DNA of 64,000 bases from Candidatus Limnocylindrales bacterium. GTDB lineage: Bacteria; Chloroflexota; Limnocylindria; Limnocylindrales; CSP1-4. The notes under the pieces were generated by a model. The model saw only the letters and a program-made list of their open reading frames with translations, had not been told where the DNA came from and did no database searches. The stretch spans positions 6,655 through 70,654 of the forward strand of contig DASUFO010000035.1 of NCBI GenBank assembly GCA_036274475.1. Direction: 5' to 3'. Positions 8,287 to 15,671 of this stretch are shown here, in pieces. Position numbers and translations under genes: made by a program. How positions within the stretch are numbered: position 1 is the first letter of the stretch; the number at the start of each line of letters is the position of its first letter.

Positions 8287-8964
8287 ATGCATGAGTTCGA
8301 AACCGGGGAACGAACCCACCGGCGCAATCCGCCGGCCGCGCCCGGGACGGGGACGCCGGGTCCCGCGCGACCGGATGCCTCGCGAACTGGCGATCAGCGG
8401 ATGCCGCTGAGCCCTGCGTCGATCCTCGGGTTGCAGCGGACGGCCGGCAACGCGTCCGTCGTCCAGCTGCTCGGCGCCGACGAGGAACAGACGTCGCCGG
8501 TTCACGACGTCGTCGGCAAGGGCGGCGGCGCGCCCCTCGACGACGGAGTCCGGAGCGACATGGAGGGTCGGTTCGGCCAGAGCTTCTCGGATGTTCGGGT
8601 GCACACCGACGCGAAGGCCTCCGAATCGGCCGAGTCGGTCGGGGCGAATGCCTACACCGTCGGCAACGACATCGTCTTCCGGTCCGGGCACTTCGACGCA
8701 TCATCGCCCGTCGGCCAGCGGACGCTCGCCCACGAGCTGACCCACGTCGTCCAGCAGCGAAGCGGTCCGGTCGACGGCTCGCCCGCGCCGGGTGGGATCT
8801 CGCTGAGCAACCCGACGGATCGGTTCGAGCAGGCCGCCGACCGACACGCGGACCAGGTGATGTCGGGCGCGGCACCGGCCGGTTTGGAGGAATCCGAGGA
8901 CAGCATCCAGCGCGTCGTCCAGCGCGACGCCGCGGAGGACGAGCTGGAGGACGAGGCCGTCTAG
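8287..8964 (+). CDS. DUF4157 zincin-like (HExxH) protein, a putative CIS payload or payload adaptor.
   Basis: 225 aa. GGAGGA lies 6 nt upstream of the ATG. Sequence: PLDDGVRSDMEGRFGQSFSDVRVHTD...ANAYTVGNDIVFRSG...LAHELTHVVQQ (an HExxH motif) is the DUF4157 signature. It sits immediately downstream of the ATPase. Confidence 0.85.
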   Translation: MHEFETGERTHRRNPPAAPGTGTPGPARPDASRTGDQRMPLSPASILGLQRTAGNASVVQLLGADEEQTSPVHDVVGKGGGAPLDDGVRSDMEGRFGQSFSDVRVHTDAKASESAESVGANAYTVGNDIVFRSGHFDASSPVGQRTLAHELTHVVQQRSGPVDGSPAPGGISLSNPTDRFEQAADRHADQVMSGAAPAGLEESEDSIQRVVQRDAAEDELEDEAV

Positions 8965-9120
8965 GCCCGCGTCTCTGGTCGTGGCCGGCTCGACCGCCCG
9001 CTAGCCCGCCCGCCGTGGGCTCTCATCCCTGCATCGGACGATCTGGCGAGGTGGTTCAGGCGTTTGGGCTCGGATTCGTGGGGTGTCAGCGACCGCCGGA
9101 AACGGACGGCGCGCTCCGTT

Positions 9121-9768
9121 CTAGATGAGCCCCTCGCGAATCGCGTATGCGACGGCGTGCGCCCGGTTGCGGAGCTCCAGCCGCGACGTGATGTCGTGGA
9201 TGATGTTCTTGACCGTCCGCTCCGAGTAGAAGAGCTGCCGCCCCACCTCGGCCGTGTCGTGGCCCTGGGCGAGCAGTCGGAGCACGGCGGTCTCGCGCTC
9301 CGTGAGGCCCGAGAACGTAAGGCCGCGCGGCGTCAGCACCTGGCGCTGGAGCTGGCCGACCTGGCGAAGCAGCCGCCCGAGGAGATCTGGCGACAGGGTG
9401 CCCTCGCCGGCCGCCGCGGATCGAATCGCCGCGGCCATGTTGCCGGCCGTCGCCTCGGAGCGGCGAATCACGCCGGACGCTCCGGCCTCGACCGCGGCCA
9501 GCAGGTCGCGATCGTCGACGCGCGCCACGAGCAACACGACCCGGTTCACGCCGCGCCCGCGAAGCGCCCGGAATTCGGCGACCACGTCGTCGCTCATCGC
9601 ATCGGCGACGACGAGCGCGACCGAGTCGTCGGTGGCGTCCTCGAGGCCCACGATCGTGAAGCCGTGCACCCGTCGCAGCTGGCTCGTGATCCCTGCCCGG
9701 GACAGCGGATCCGCCGCGCAGACGACGACCGGGATCTGCTCCTTGAACAGGATCGTTTCGGCAACCAT
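9121..9768 (-). CDS. LuxR/NarL-family response-regulator-like transcription factor with a degenerate receiver domain (orphan).
   Basis: The track ORF is over-extended. ATG at 9768 has GGAGGG upstream. C-terminal HTH: LTERETAVLRLLAQGHDTAEVGRQLFYSERTVKNIIHDITSRLELRNRAHAV. The receiver has CAAD instead of the DD pocket, retains an Asp in VVADAM, has Ala where T/S is expected, and reads GVIRR instead of the conserved Lys. No kinase gene is adjacent. Confidence 0.8.
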   Translation of the reverse strand: MVAETILFKEQIPVVVCAADPLSRAGITSQLRRVHGFTIVGLEDATDDSVALVVADAMSDDVVAEFRALRGRGVNRVVLLVARVDDRDLLAAVEAGASGVIRRSEATAGNMAAAIRSAAAGEGTLSPDLLGRLLRQVGQLQRQVLTPRGLTFSGLTERETAVLRLLAQGHDTAEVGRQLFYSERTVKNIIHDITSRLELRNRAHAVAYAIREGLI

Positions 9769-9905
9769 CGAGTGCCCTCCGGGCATCGCCGCGGCGTGTG
9801 ACGGGTCCCCCCGATGGGCTCCCTGAAGGCCCTCCGACGGCGTTGCGAGGGACGCTAGCGCCGGCCCTTTTCGTCCGCTCAACGTCCGCTCAACCGACGC
9901 TGCGC

Positions 9906-9925
9906 CGGGCACGGAACTGTGCCCG
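9906..9925. promoter_or_regulatory. 20-bp perfect dyad CGGGCAC-N6-GTGCCCG, a candidate operator.
   Basis: Read directly from the sequence. It lies in the 234-nt divergent region between the LuxR-type gene (start 9768) and the envelope operon (start 10003, or alternatively 9919). Confidence 0.35.
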
Positions 9926-10002
9926 AACGGGCAGCCGGGCCGCCCGGCCGGCGGCGCAGGACGGCGTGGTTCGGCGCTCCGGCGGCCGTTACACTCGCGC
10001 CC

Positions 10003-11274
10003 GTGGGTGCATCCGTCACGCTGACCGCCCCGGCGGTCGCCGTCGAGCCCGGCGCCGAGGCAACCGTCGAGTTCAAGCTGCGCAACACGGGCGCGGTCGT
10101 CGACGAGTTCACGCTCGGGATCCTCGGTGACGCCGCGGGCTGGACGGCGGTCGTTCCGCCGACGATCTCGCTCTTCCCCGGCGCCGAGGAGACCGGCCGG
10201 ATCGTGTTCCGGCCGCCGCGCAGCGCGCAGGTCCCGGCAGGGCCGATGCCGTTCGCGCTTCATGCCGTCTCGCGCGAGGATGCGGCGGGGTCCGCGGTCG
10301 AGGAGGGGACGGTCACCGTCGGCGCGTTCAACGACCCCTTCGCCGAGCTCGTTCCGCGGACGTCCCGGGGCAGCCGGTCAGCGAGTCACGACCTCGCCGT
10401 CGACAACCGCGGCAACGTCCGCCTGAATGCCGAGGTCGAGGCCGCCGACGTCGACCGTCAGCTCGAGTTCGACGTCAACCCGCCGGGTGTTGTCGTCGAG
10501 CCCGGGATGGCGCAGTTCGCCAAGGTCCGGGTCAAGCCGGTCAAACGCTTCTGGCGTGGCTCGCCGAAGACGCGGCCGTTCCAGCTCGTCGTCCGATCGG
10601 AGGGCGCGCCCCCGGTGACGCTCGACGGGGCGCTGCTCCAGGAGGCGATCCTGCCGCCCTGGTTCGGGCGGGCACTCATCGCGCTGGTCGCGCTGCTGAT
10701 CGCGCTGGTCATCCTCTGGCTGTTCGTGTTGAAGCCGTCGATCCAGAGCGCCGCCTCGGAGGCCGTCGCCTCGCCGCTTGGCGACCTCCGGAGCGATGTC
10801 AACGAGGCCCTCGAGAACGCCGGATTGCCCACCATGGGTCCGGGCGAGCCGAGCGCGGCCCCGCCGACGACACCGCCGGCGAGCGGCGGCCCCGGCGGCA
10901 GCGGTGCCCCGGGCGGTTCCGGGGCGCCGGCGACGCCAGCGGCACCGACGCCCGGCGGGCCGTTCATCCCGGGGCTCGGCAACCCGGTCGACGGACGCCT
11001 TGCCCAGGGCTCCGGATCGGTCAAGCCGGCCGGGACGCTGTTCCTCACCGACATCGTGTTCTCGAACCCGAACGCTCGCGAAGGAGCCATCTCCCTGCTC
11101 CGCGACGGCAACCCGCTCATCGAGGAGCGGCTCGAGAACTTCCGGAGCCTCGACTACCACTGGGTCACGCCGATCGTCATCGAGGCCGGCCACGAGCTGG
11201 CCCTGTCGCTGACCTGCACCGCGGGTGCCGAATGCGATCCGTCCGTCCTCTATTCCGGCTACCTCCGGCCGTAG
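10003..11274 (+). CDS. Bitopic membrane protein: N-terminal tandem beta-sandwich-like region, one TM segment, Pro/Gly linker, ~110-aa C-terminal domain.
   Basis: The start is uncertain: GTG at 10003 is preferred, GTG at 9919 is the track start. There is no signal peptide. The N-terminal region reads VTLTAPAVAVEPGAEATVEFKLRNTGAVVDEFTL... (CARDB/NEW3-like). The TM segment is WFGRALIALVALLIALVILWLFVL. The linker is TPPASGGPGGSGAPGGSGAP. The C-terminal domain ends CTAGAECDPSVLYSGYLRP. Confidence 0.7.
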   Translation: MGASVTLTAPAVAVEPGAEATVEFKLRNTGAVVDEFTLGILGDAAGWTAVVPPTISLFPGAEETGRIVFRPPRSAQVPAGPMPFALHAVSREDAAGSAVEEGTVTVGAFNDPFAELVPRTSRGSRSASHDLAVDNRGNVRLNAEVEAADVDRQLEFDVNPPGVVVEPGMAQFAKVRVKPVKRFWRGSPKTRPFQLVVRSEGAPPVTLDGALLQEAILPPWFGRALIALVALLIALVILWLFVLKPSIQSAASEAVASPLGDLRSDVNEALENAGLPTMGPGEPSAAPPTTPPASGGPGGSGAPGGSGAPATPAAPTPGGPFIPGLGNPVDGRLAQGSGSVKPAGTLFLTDIVFSNPNAREGAISLLRDGNPLIEERLENFRSLDYHWVTPIVIEAGHELALSLTCTAGAECDPSVLYSGYLRP

Positions 11275-13472
11275 TCCGCGCCGCTCGCCGCTCCTCGCCG
11301 CGACGTCAGCGACCGGCCGGGGTCGCCGTCGCGCTCGGGCTCGTCCTCGTGGGAGTTGGCTCGGCGTCCGGCGGTCACCCGATGGAACCGCCCGGCGATG
11401 CCAGCGGCTCCGCTGTCGTCGGGCCCGCGATTGCCCGCGCGAATCCGCTCACGCCCGATACGGCCGCTGCGGCGCCACCCGGATCGAGCGGCCTCGTCTC
11501 GCCGGCGCGGAACGGCGGCTTCGCGAACGGTCCCTCGAGCGTGCCGTCGATCTCCGAGAACGGCCGCTGGGTCGCGTTCACGTCGCTCGCGAACAACCTC
11601 GTCCAGGGCGATTCGAACGATACCCAGGATGTCTTCCTCCGCGACCGAAGCGACGGCACGACCGTCCGGCTGCCGCTGCCCGGCGGTGGTGCGGTTCCGG
11701 CCGGAGGCACTGCGTCGGAGCCCGCGATCTCCGCCGACGGGTCGGTCGTCGCCTTCACCTACACGCCGCCCGCGCCTGCGCCACCGCCATCGGCGACGCC
11801 GACACCGACACCGGCGATCATCCTGCTCGCGGTCGCCCCGTGCTCCGGCTCGCTCGTGATCGCCTGGCACCGGGATACCGGGGCGTCCGAGATCGCCTCG
11901 ATCACGGCGGACGACACGATCGCCTGCCGGAGCAGCGGGCCGTCCGTGTCGGGCGACGGGACCCGCATCGCGTTCGTCCAGCTCGTCAATCTTGGCGCCG
12001 CGGGCGTCGCGTTCAGCCAGGTGTTCGTTCGCGACGTGGCCGCCGGCACGACGACGTACGTCTCGGGCAACCCCGGCGCGGTCGGCAACGCCAACAGCCG
12101 GAACCCGGCGATTTCCGGGGACGGTCGCGTGGTCGCCTTTGATTCCGACGCGAGCAACCTCGTCGCGGGCGACGCGGCGGGCGCGAGCGACGTCTTCGCC
12201 CGGCGCCTGCCGGACGGCCCCATCGAGCTGATCAGCCGTCGCCAGGGCGGCAGCGCGAACGGGCCCAGCCTCGCCCCATCCGTGTCCGCCGACGGTTCCG
12301 TGATCGCGTTCGAGTCCAACGCGACGAATCTCGCGCCCGGTGCCGCGGCCGCTCGCAACGTCTACGTCCGTGATCGGTCAGCCGGGGTGACGAGCCTCGC
12401 TTCGGTCGACTCCGGGGGCACGGCGGCCGCGGGCGACAGTGGTCAGGCGTCGATCAGCGGCGACGGGTCGATCGTCGCGTTCGCCTCGGTCGCCGCCGAC
12501 CTCGCCCTGTTCGGCCCGCCGCTGACGGTCTCCGGACCGAACGCCGACCTGGCCGCGGTCGCTCCTCCCAAACCCACCGAGGTCTACGCCCACGACCTCG
12601 TCACCGGCCACACGATCCGTGTGTCCGAGGCGCGGGGCGGAGGGGCGGCCGGCGGCGTGAATCTCCAGCCGTCGGTCGGCGGCAACGGTCGGTACGTTGC
12701 GTTCACTTCCACGTCGCCGAACATCGTCCGTGGCGACGGCAACCAGGTCGCGGACGTGTTCGTGCGCGATTTCCCGGCCGCGCCGGCGATCGCGCCCGAT
12801 CCCCTCGAATTCGGCCCATGGGCGCTCGGCATCGTGGGCCCGCCACTGCCGGCGACCGTGTCGAACGCCGGCTGGGCGCCGGTCACGATCACTGCGGCGG
12901 ACGTCGGCGGATCGGCCGCCGGCGACTTCTCGATCGCCGTCAATGACTGCCAGGATCGCGTCCTCAGGTTCAGCCAGACGTGCCAGGTGTCGCTGACGTT
13001 CGCGGCCGGCAAGGCCGGCGAGCGCAACGCGACGCTCGAGGTCGAGCACTCCGGCCCGAAGCCGCCCGCGGTCGTCGCGATCCACGGCGTCGGCATCGAG
13101 ATTCCGGGCGTCACGCCGGGCGACACGACGCTCGAGATCAAGCCGCCGGTCGGGCGGCCGGGGATCGTCGTCATCGTCACGGGTTCCGGGCTCCCGGGAA
13201 ACACCGACCTGACGCTCGCCTGGAGCCGCGGCATCACGCCCAAGCTGCCACCGATCCGGACCGACGTTCGGGGCAACTTCCGGGTCCAGGTGCTCGTGTT
13301 CCACAACGACGTCATCGGTCCCCGTGACCTGGTCGCCACGACCGTCGGCCCCGTCGCGTTCCCGCCGATCAGTGCGCGGTTCCTCGTCGTCGAGCCGCCG
13401 AGCGAGCCGCCGCGTTTCGAGCCGGGTGATCCGTCGGTGACCCGCCCGCAGTCGATCATCTTCCGCCGCTAG
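11232..13472 (+). CDS. Secreted seven-bladed PD40/TolB-like beta-propeller protein with C-terminal choice-of-anchor-D / Ig-like domains.
   Basis: Signal-like N-terminus: RPAGVAVALGLVLVGVGSASG. Seven repeats of P(S/A)(I/V)S.(D/N)G..(V/I)AF.S.A.NLV.GD.N...DVF.RD. Then LEFGPWALGIVGPPLPATVSNAGWAPVTITAADVGG...FSIAVNDC (choice-of-anchor-D-like). It overlaps the previous gene by 43 nt. Confidence 0.8.
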   Translation: MRSVRPLFRLPPAVVRAARRSSPRRQRPAGVAVALGLVLVGVGSASGGHPMEPPGDASGSAVVGPAIARANPLTPDTAAAAPPGSSGLVSPARNGGFANGPSSVPSISENGRWVAFTSLANNLVQGDSNDTQDVFLRDRSDGTTVRLPLPGGGAVPAGGTASEPAISADGSVVAFTYTPPAPAPPPSATPTPTPAIILLAVAPCSGSLVIAWHRDTGASEIASITADDTIACRSSGPSVSGDGTRIAFVQLVNLGAAGVAFSQVFVRDVAAGTTTYVSGNPGAVGNANSRNPAISGDGRVVAFDSDASNLVAGDAAGASDVFARRLPDGPIELISRRQGGSANGPSLAPSVSADGSVIAFESNATNLAPGAAAARNVYVRDRSAGVTSLASVDSGGTAAAGDSGQASISGDGSIVAFASVAADLALFGPPLTVSGPNADLAAVAPPKPTEVYAHDLVTGHTIRVSEARGGGAAGGVNLQPSVGGNGRYVAFTSTSPNIVRGDGNQVADVFVRDFPAAPAIAPDPLEFGPWALGIVGPPLPATVSNAGWAPVTITAADVGGSAAGDFSIAVNDCQDRVLRFSQTCQVSLTFAAGKAGERNATLEVEHSGPKPPAVVAIHGVGIEIPGVTPGDTTLEIKPPVGRPGIVVIVTGSGLPGNTDLTLAWSRGITPKLPPIRTDVRGNFRVQVLVFHNDVIGPRDLVATTVGPVAFPPISARFLVVEPPSEPPRFEPGDPSVTRPQSIIFRR

Positions 13473-13474
13473 CG

Positions 13475-14575
13475 ATGGCGTCCGAGACGGTCATCTGTCG
13501 CCGCTGCGGCGTCGCGAACCCCGCCGGCGATCAGTTCTGCGGATCGTGCGGCGCGTTTCTCGAGTGGGAATCGGACGCGGCGCCGGAGGCGGATACGGCC
13601 GCCGGCCCGCCACCCGGCGGTCCGCTCCCGGCACAGGATCCCGTCACGGAGGACTGGAGCGGCCGCACGTTCCCCTCGCCGCCGATCACGGCAGAGCCGC
13701 CACCGCCGCCACCGCCGCCACCGCCGGTCCCGGCGCCGGATGCGCCGCAGCCCATGCCGGGCTTCACGGTCTGCCCGACGTGCGGCTCGGGCAACCCGCC
13801 GGGCCGGACGTTCTGCCATTCCTGCGGCAACGTCCTCGCGAAGGCACCGACGAGCGCGGCCGGGACGGGTCCCAAGCAGACACACGACCGCGAGCCCCGG
13901 CGGATCCCCGGCTGGCTGCCGCTCGCGATCGCCGCCGGGCTCGTCGTCGGCGTCGTCGTCATCCTCGTGACGGTTGTCCTCAAGCCCAGCGCGCCGCCGT
14001 CGGTCGCCCTCCCGAGCGCGACGCTCACGCCGACGCTCGAAGTCCCGCCCTCGATCACCGTCCCGCCGCCAGCGTCCGGCGGCGCAACGACCGCCGCCGG
14101 TTCAAGTGCGCCGGGCTCGACCGTCCAGCTGACGCTGGCAGGGGCGAGCGCGTCCTCGGTTGCCGCCGACACGCCCGACATGGCCGCTGCCAACGTGATC
14201 GACGGCCGCCTCGACACGCGCTGGCAGGAGGCCGTCGGCTCGGCGCCGGGCGAGTGGGTCGAGGTCACGTTCGCGACGGCCCGGCTCGACTACCTCGTCG
14301 TGTACTCCGGCTTCCAGCTGAGCCACGACTCGTTCGTCGCGACGAAGCGGCCACAGAACGTCGTCGTCACGGTGAACGGCGGCTCTCCGGTGGGCTTCGT
14401 CCTCCAGGACTCGGAGCTCCCGCAGCGCATCGATATCGCCGACACTCCCGGCGCGACCGTCGTCCGCATCCAGACCGCGTCGACGTACCCGGCCGCCGCG
14501 AGCGCTTACCCGGGCAGCCCGATCGATGCCGCGACGATCAGCGAGATCCGTGCGTTCGGGGCGGCCGGCGGGTGA
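13475..14575 (+). CDS. Double zinc-ribbon, poly-Pro, TM, discoidin (F5/8 type C-like) domain protein.
   Basis: Two zinc ribbons: CRRCGVANPAGDQFCGSCG and CPTCGSGNPPGRTFCHSCG. A run of ten Pro residues. TM segment WLPLAIAAGLVVGVVVILVTVVL. C-terminal NVIDGRLDTRWQEAVGSAPGEWVEVTF...ISEIRAF is discoidin-like. It starts 2 nt after the previous stop. Confidence 0.75.
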   Translation: MASETVICRRCGVANPAGDQFCGSCGAFLEWESDAAPEADTAAGPPPGGPLPAQDPVTEDWSGRTFPSPPITAEPPPPPPPPPPVPAPDAPQPMPGFTVCPTCGSGNPPGRTFCHSCGNVLAKAPTSAAGTGPKQTHDREPRRIPGWLPLAIAAGLVVGVVVILVTVVLKPSAPPSVALPSATLTPTLEVPPSITVPPPASGGATTAAGSSAPGSTVQLTLAGASASSVAADTPDMAAANVIDGRLDTRWQEAVGSAPGEWVEVTFATARLDYLVVYSGFQLSHDSFVATKRPQNVVVTVNGGSPVGFVLQDSELPQRIDIADTPGATVVRIQTASTYPAAASAYPGSPIDAATISEIRAFGAAGG

Positions 14576-14690
14576 GGATCGCTGACCGCTCGCACGTCGC
14601 TACCCCGTTCCCGCCGCTCGAGCTCGCGTCGTATCCTGCCGATCTGGGCACGCCGGCGAGGGTCGATGCCGACGGGCACGAGGGCAGCGA

Positions 14691-15671
14691 ATGAGCCTGG
14701 TCGGGGTTTGGTTCGCCAAGTTCGCCTCAGCCATGGGTGGAGCCCTGCCCGCGGGCGCGATCGTCGGCGGCGGCCTCGTCATCGGCATCCTCGTTGGCGC
14801 CGCTACCGGTGGCGGGCTCGGCGGCGGTGGCGGCGCTCCGGCACCCAGCATCCAGACGAGCGACGTCCTGCCGTGTCCGGACATGGGCCCGCCGGTTCTC
14901 TCGGTGAAGAGCGGCCAGCACGTCTGGATCACCGGCAAGACGGCCGACGGCAAGTACCTCCGGGTTCACGTCGGCGGGCCTGGCGTGCAGGAGGGCTTCG
15001 TCCCAGCCGCGGCCTACTCACTCCTGGGCTCGCTCGACGACGTCCCGGTTGTCAGCTGTACTCAGCAGGCGCTGATCGCATTCGCACCGTCGCCCGGGGA
15101 ATCCGAGACGACGACTGGCAGTTTCGAGCCCTCGGCGTCGCCAAGCCCGTCGCTGTCGCCGCCTCCCAGCGCGACCGCGAGCCCCGCGCCATCGTCGACG
15201 CCTCGAGCGACCGCGACGCCGCGCGGGACACCCAGGGCCACGCCCCGCGTGACGCCTGCGCCCACGAAGGTGCCGACGCCAAAGCCCACCCCGAAACCCA
15301 CGCCCAAGCCGACCCCGACGCCGGATACGACCAAGCCAAGTGTTGGCGCCCCCGATGCGAATCCGGGCCAGATCGCGTCGTGCAGCGGCGCCCAGTCCTC
15401 ATCGATCAGTACGGAAGCCTTCGACAATCCGGGAGGATCCGGGATCAGCAGGGTCACGCTGAAAGTCTTCGACGCCAGCGGCACGCAGCTGTTCACAAAA
15501 CGGATGACGACCGCCGGCTCCGGCCTGTGGGAGACCACGCTGTCTGTCGGCGATCCATTCCCGGGCGGCCAGAGCACGTACCCGATCCGGGCAACCGCGG
15601 TCGACAAGGCCGGGAACAGCGCCACGTCGAGCGCAGGCCGGATCACCGTGATCAAGTCTGACTTCTGCTGA
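14691..15671 (+). CDS. Membrane-anchored protein with an SH3-like domain, Pro/Thr linker and C-terminal Ig-like domain.
   Basis: N-terminal TM segment (GGALPAGAIVGGGLVIGILVGAATGG). SH3-like stretch: SVKSGQHVWITGKTADGKYLRVHVGGPGVQEGFVP. Linker: TPKPTPKPTPKPTPTP. Ig-like C-terminus: ISRVTLKVFDASG...YPIRATAVDKAGN. Confidence 0.65.
   Translation: MSLVGVWFAKFASAMGGALPAGAIVGGGLVIGILVGAATGGGLGGGGGAPAPSIQTSDVLPCPDMGPPVLSVKSGQHVWITGKTADGKYLRVHVGGPGVQEGFVPAAAYSLLGSLDDVPVVSCTQQALIAFAPSPGESETTTGSFEPSASPSPSLSPPPSATASPAPSSTPRATATPRGTPRATPRVTPAPTKVPTPKPTPKPTPKPTPTPDTTKPSVGAPDANPGQIASCSGAQSSSISTEAFDNPGGSGISRVTLKVFDASGTQLFTKRMTTAGSGLWETTLSVGDPFPGGQSTYPIRATAVDKAGNSATSSAGRITVIKSDFC

Noticed and set aside
1-8964. 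Interpreting the tail-like genes as a prophage tail module or a T6SS.
   Set aside because: DUF4255, a dedicated AAA+ ATPase and DUF4157 point to eCIS/CIS. No capsid, terminase, integrase or lysis genes lie to the right, and no TssB/C-like split sheath or membrane-complex genes are present. This cannot be fully excluded, because the left part of the locus is outside the window.
13680-13725. Possible CRISPR arrays or intergenic tandem repeats anywhere in the window.
   Set aside because: All short-period repeats found (13690-13720, 15283-15320, 40100-40221) are in frame within Pro-rich coding linkers. No repeat-spacer architecture was seen.
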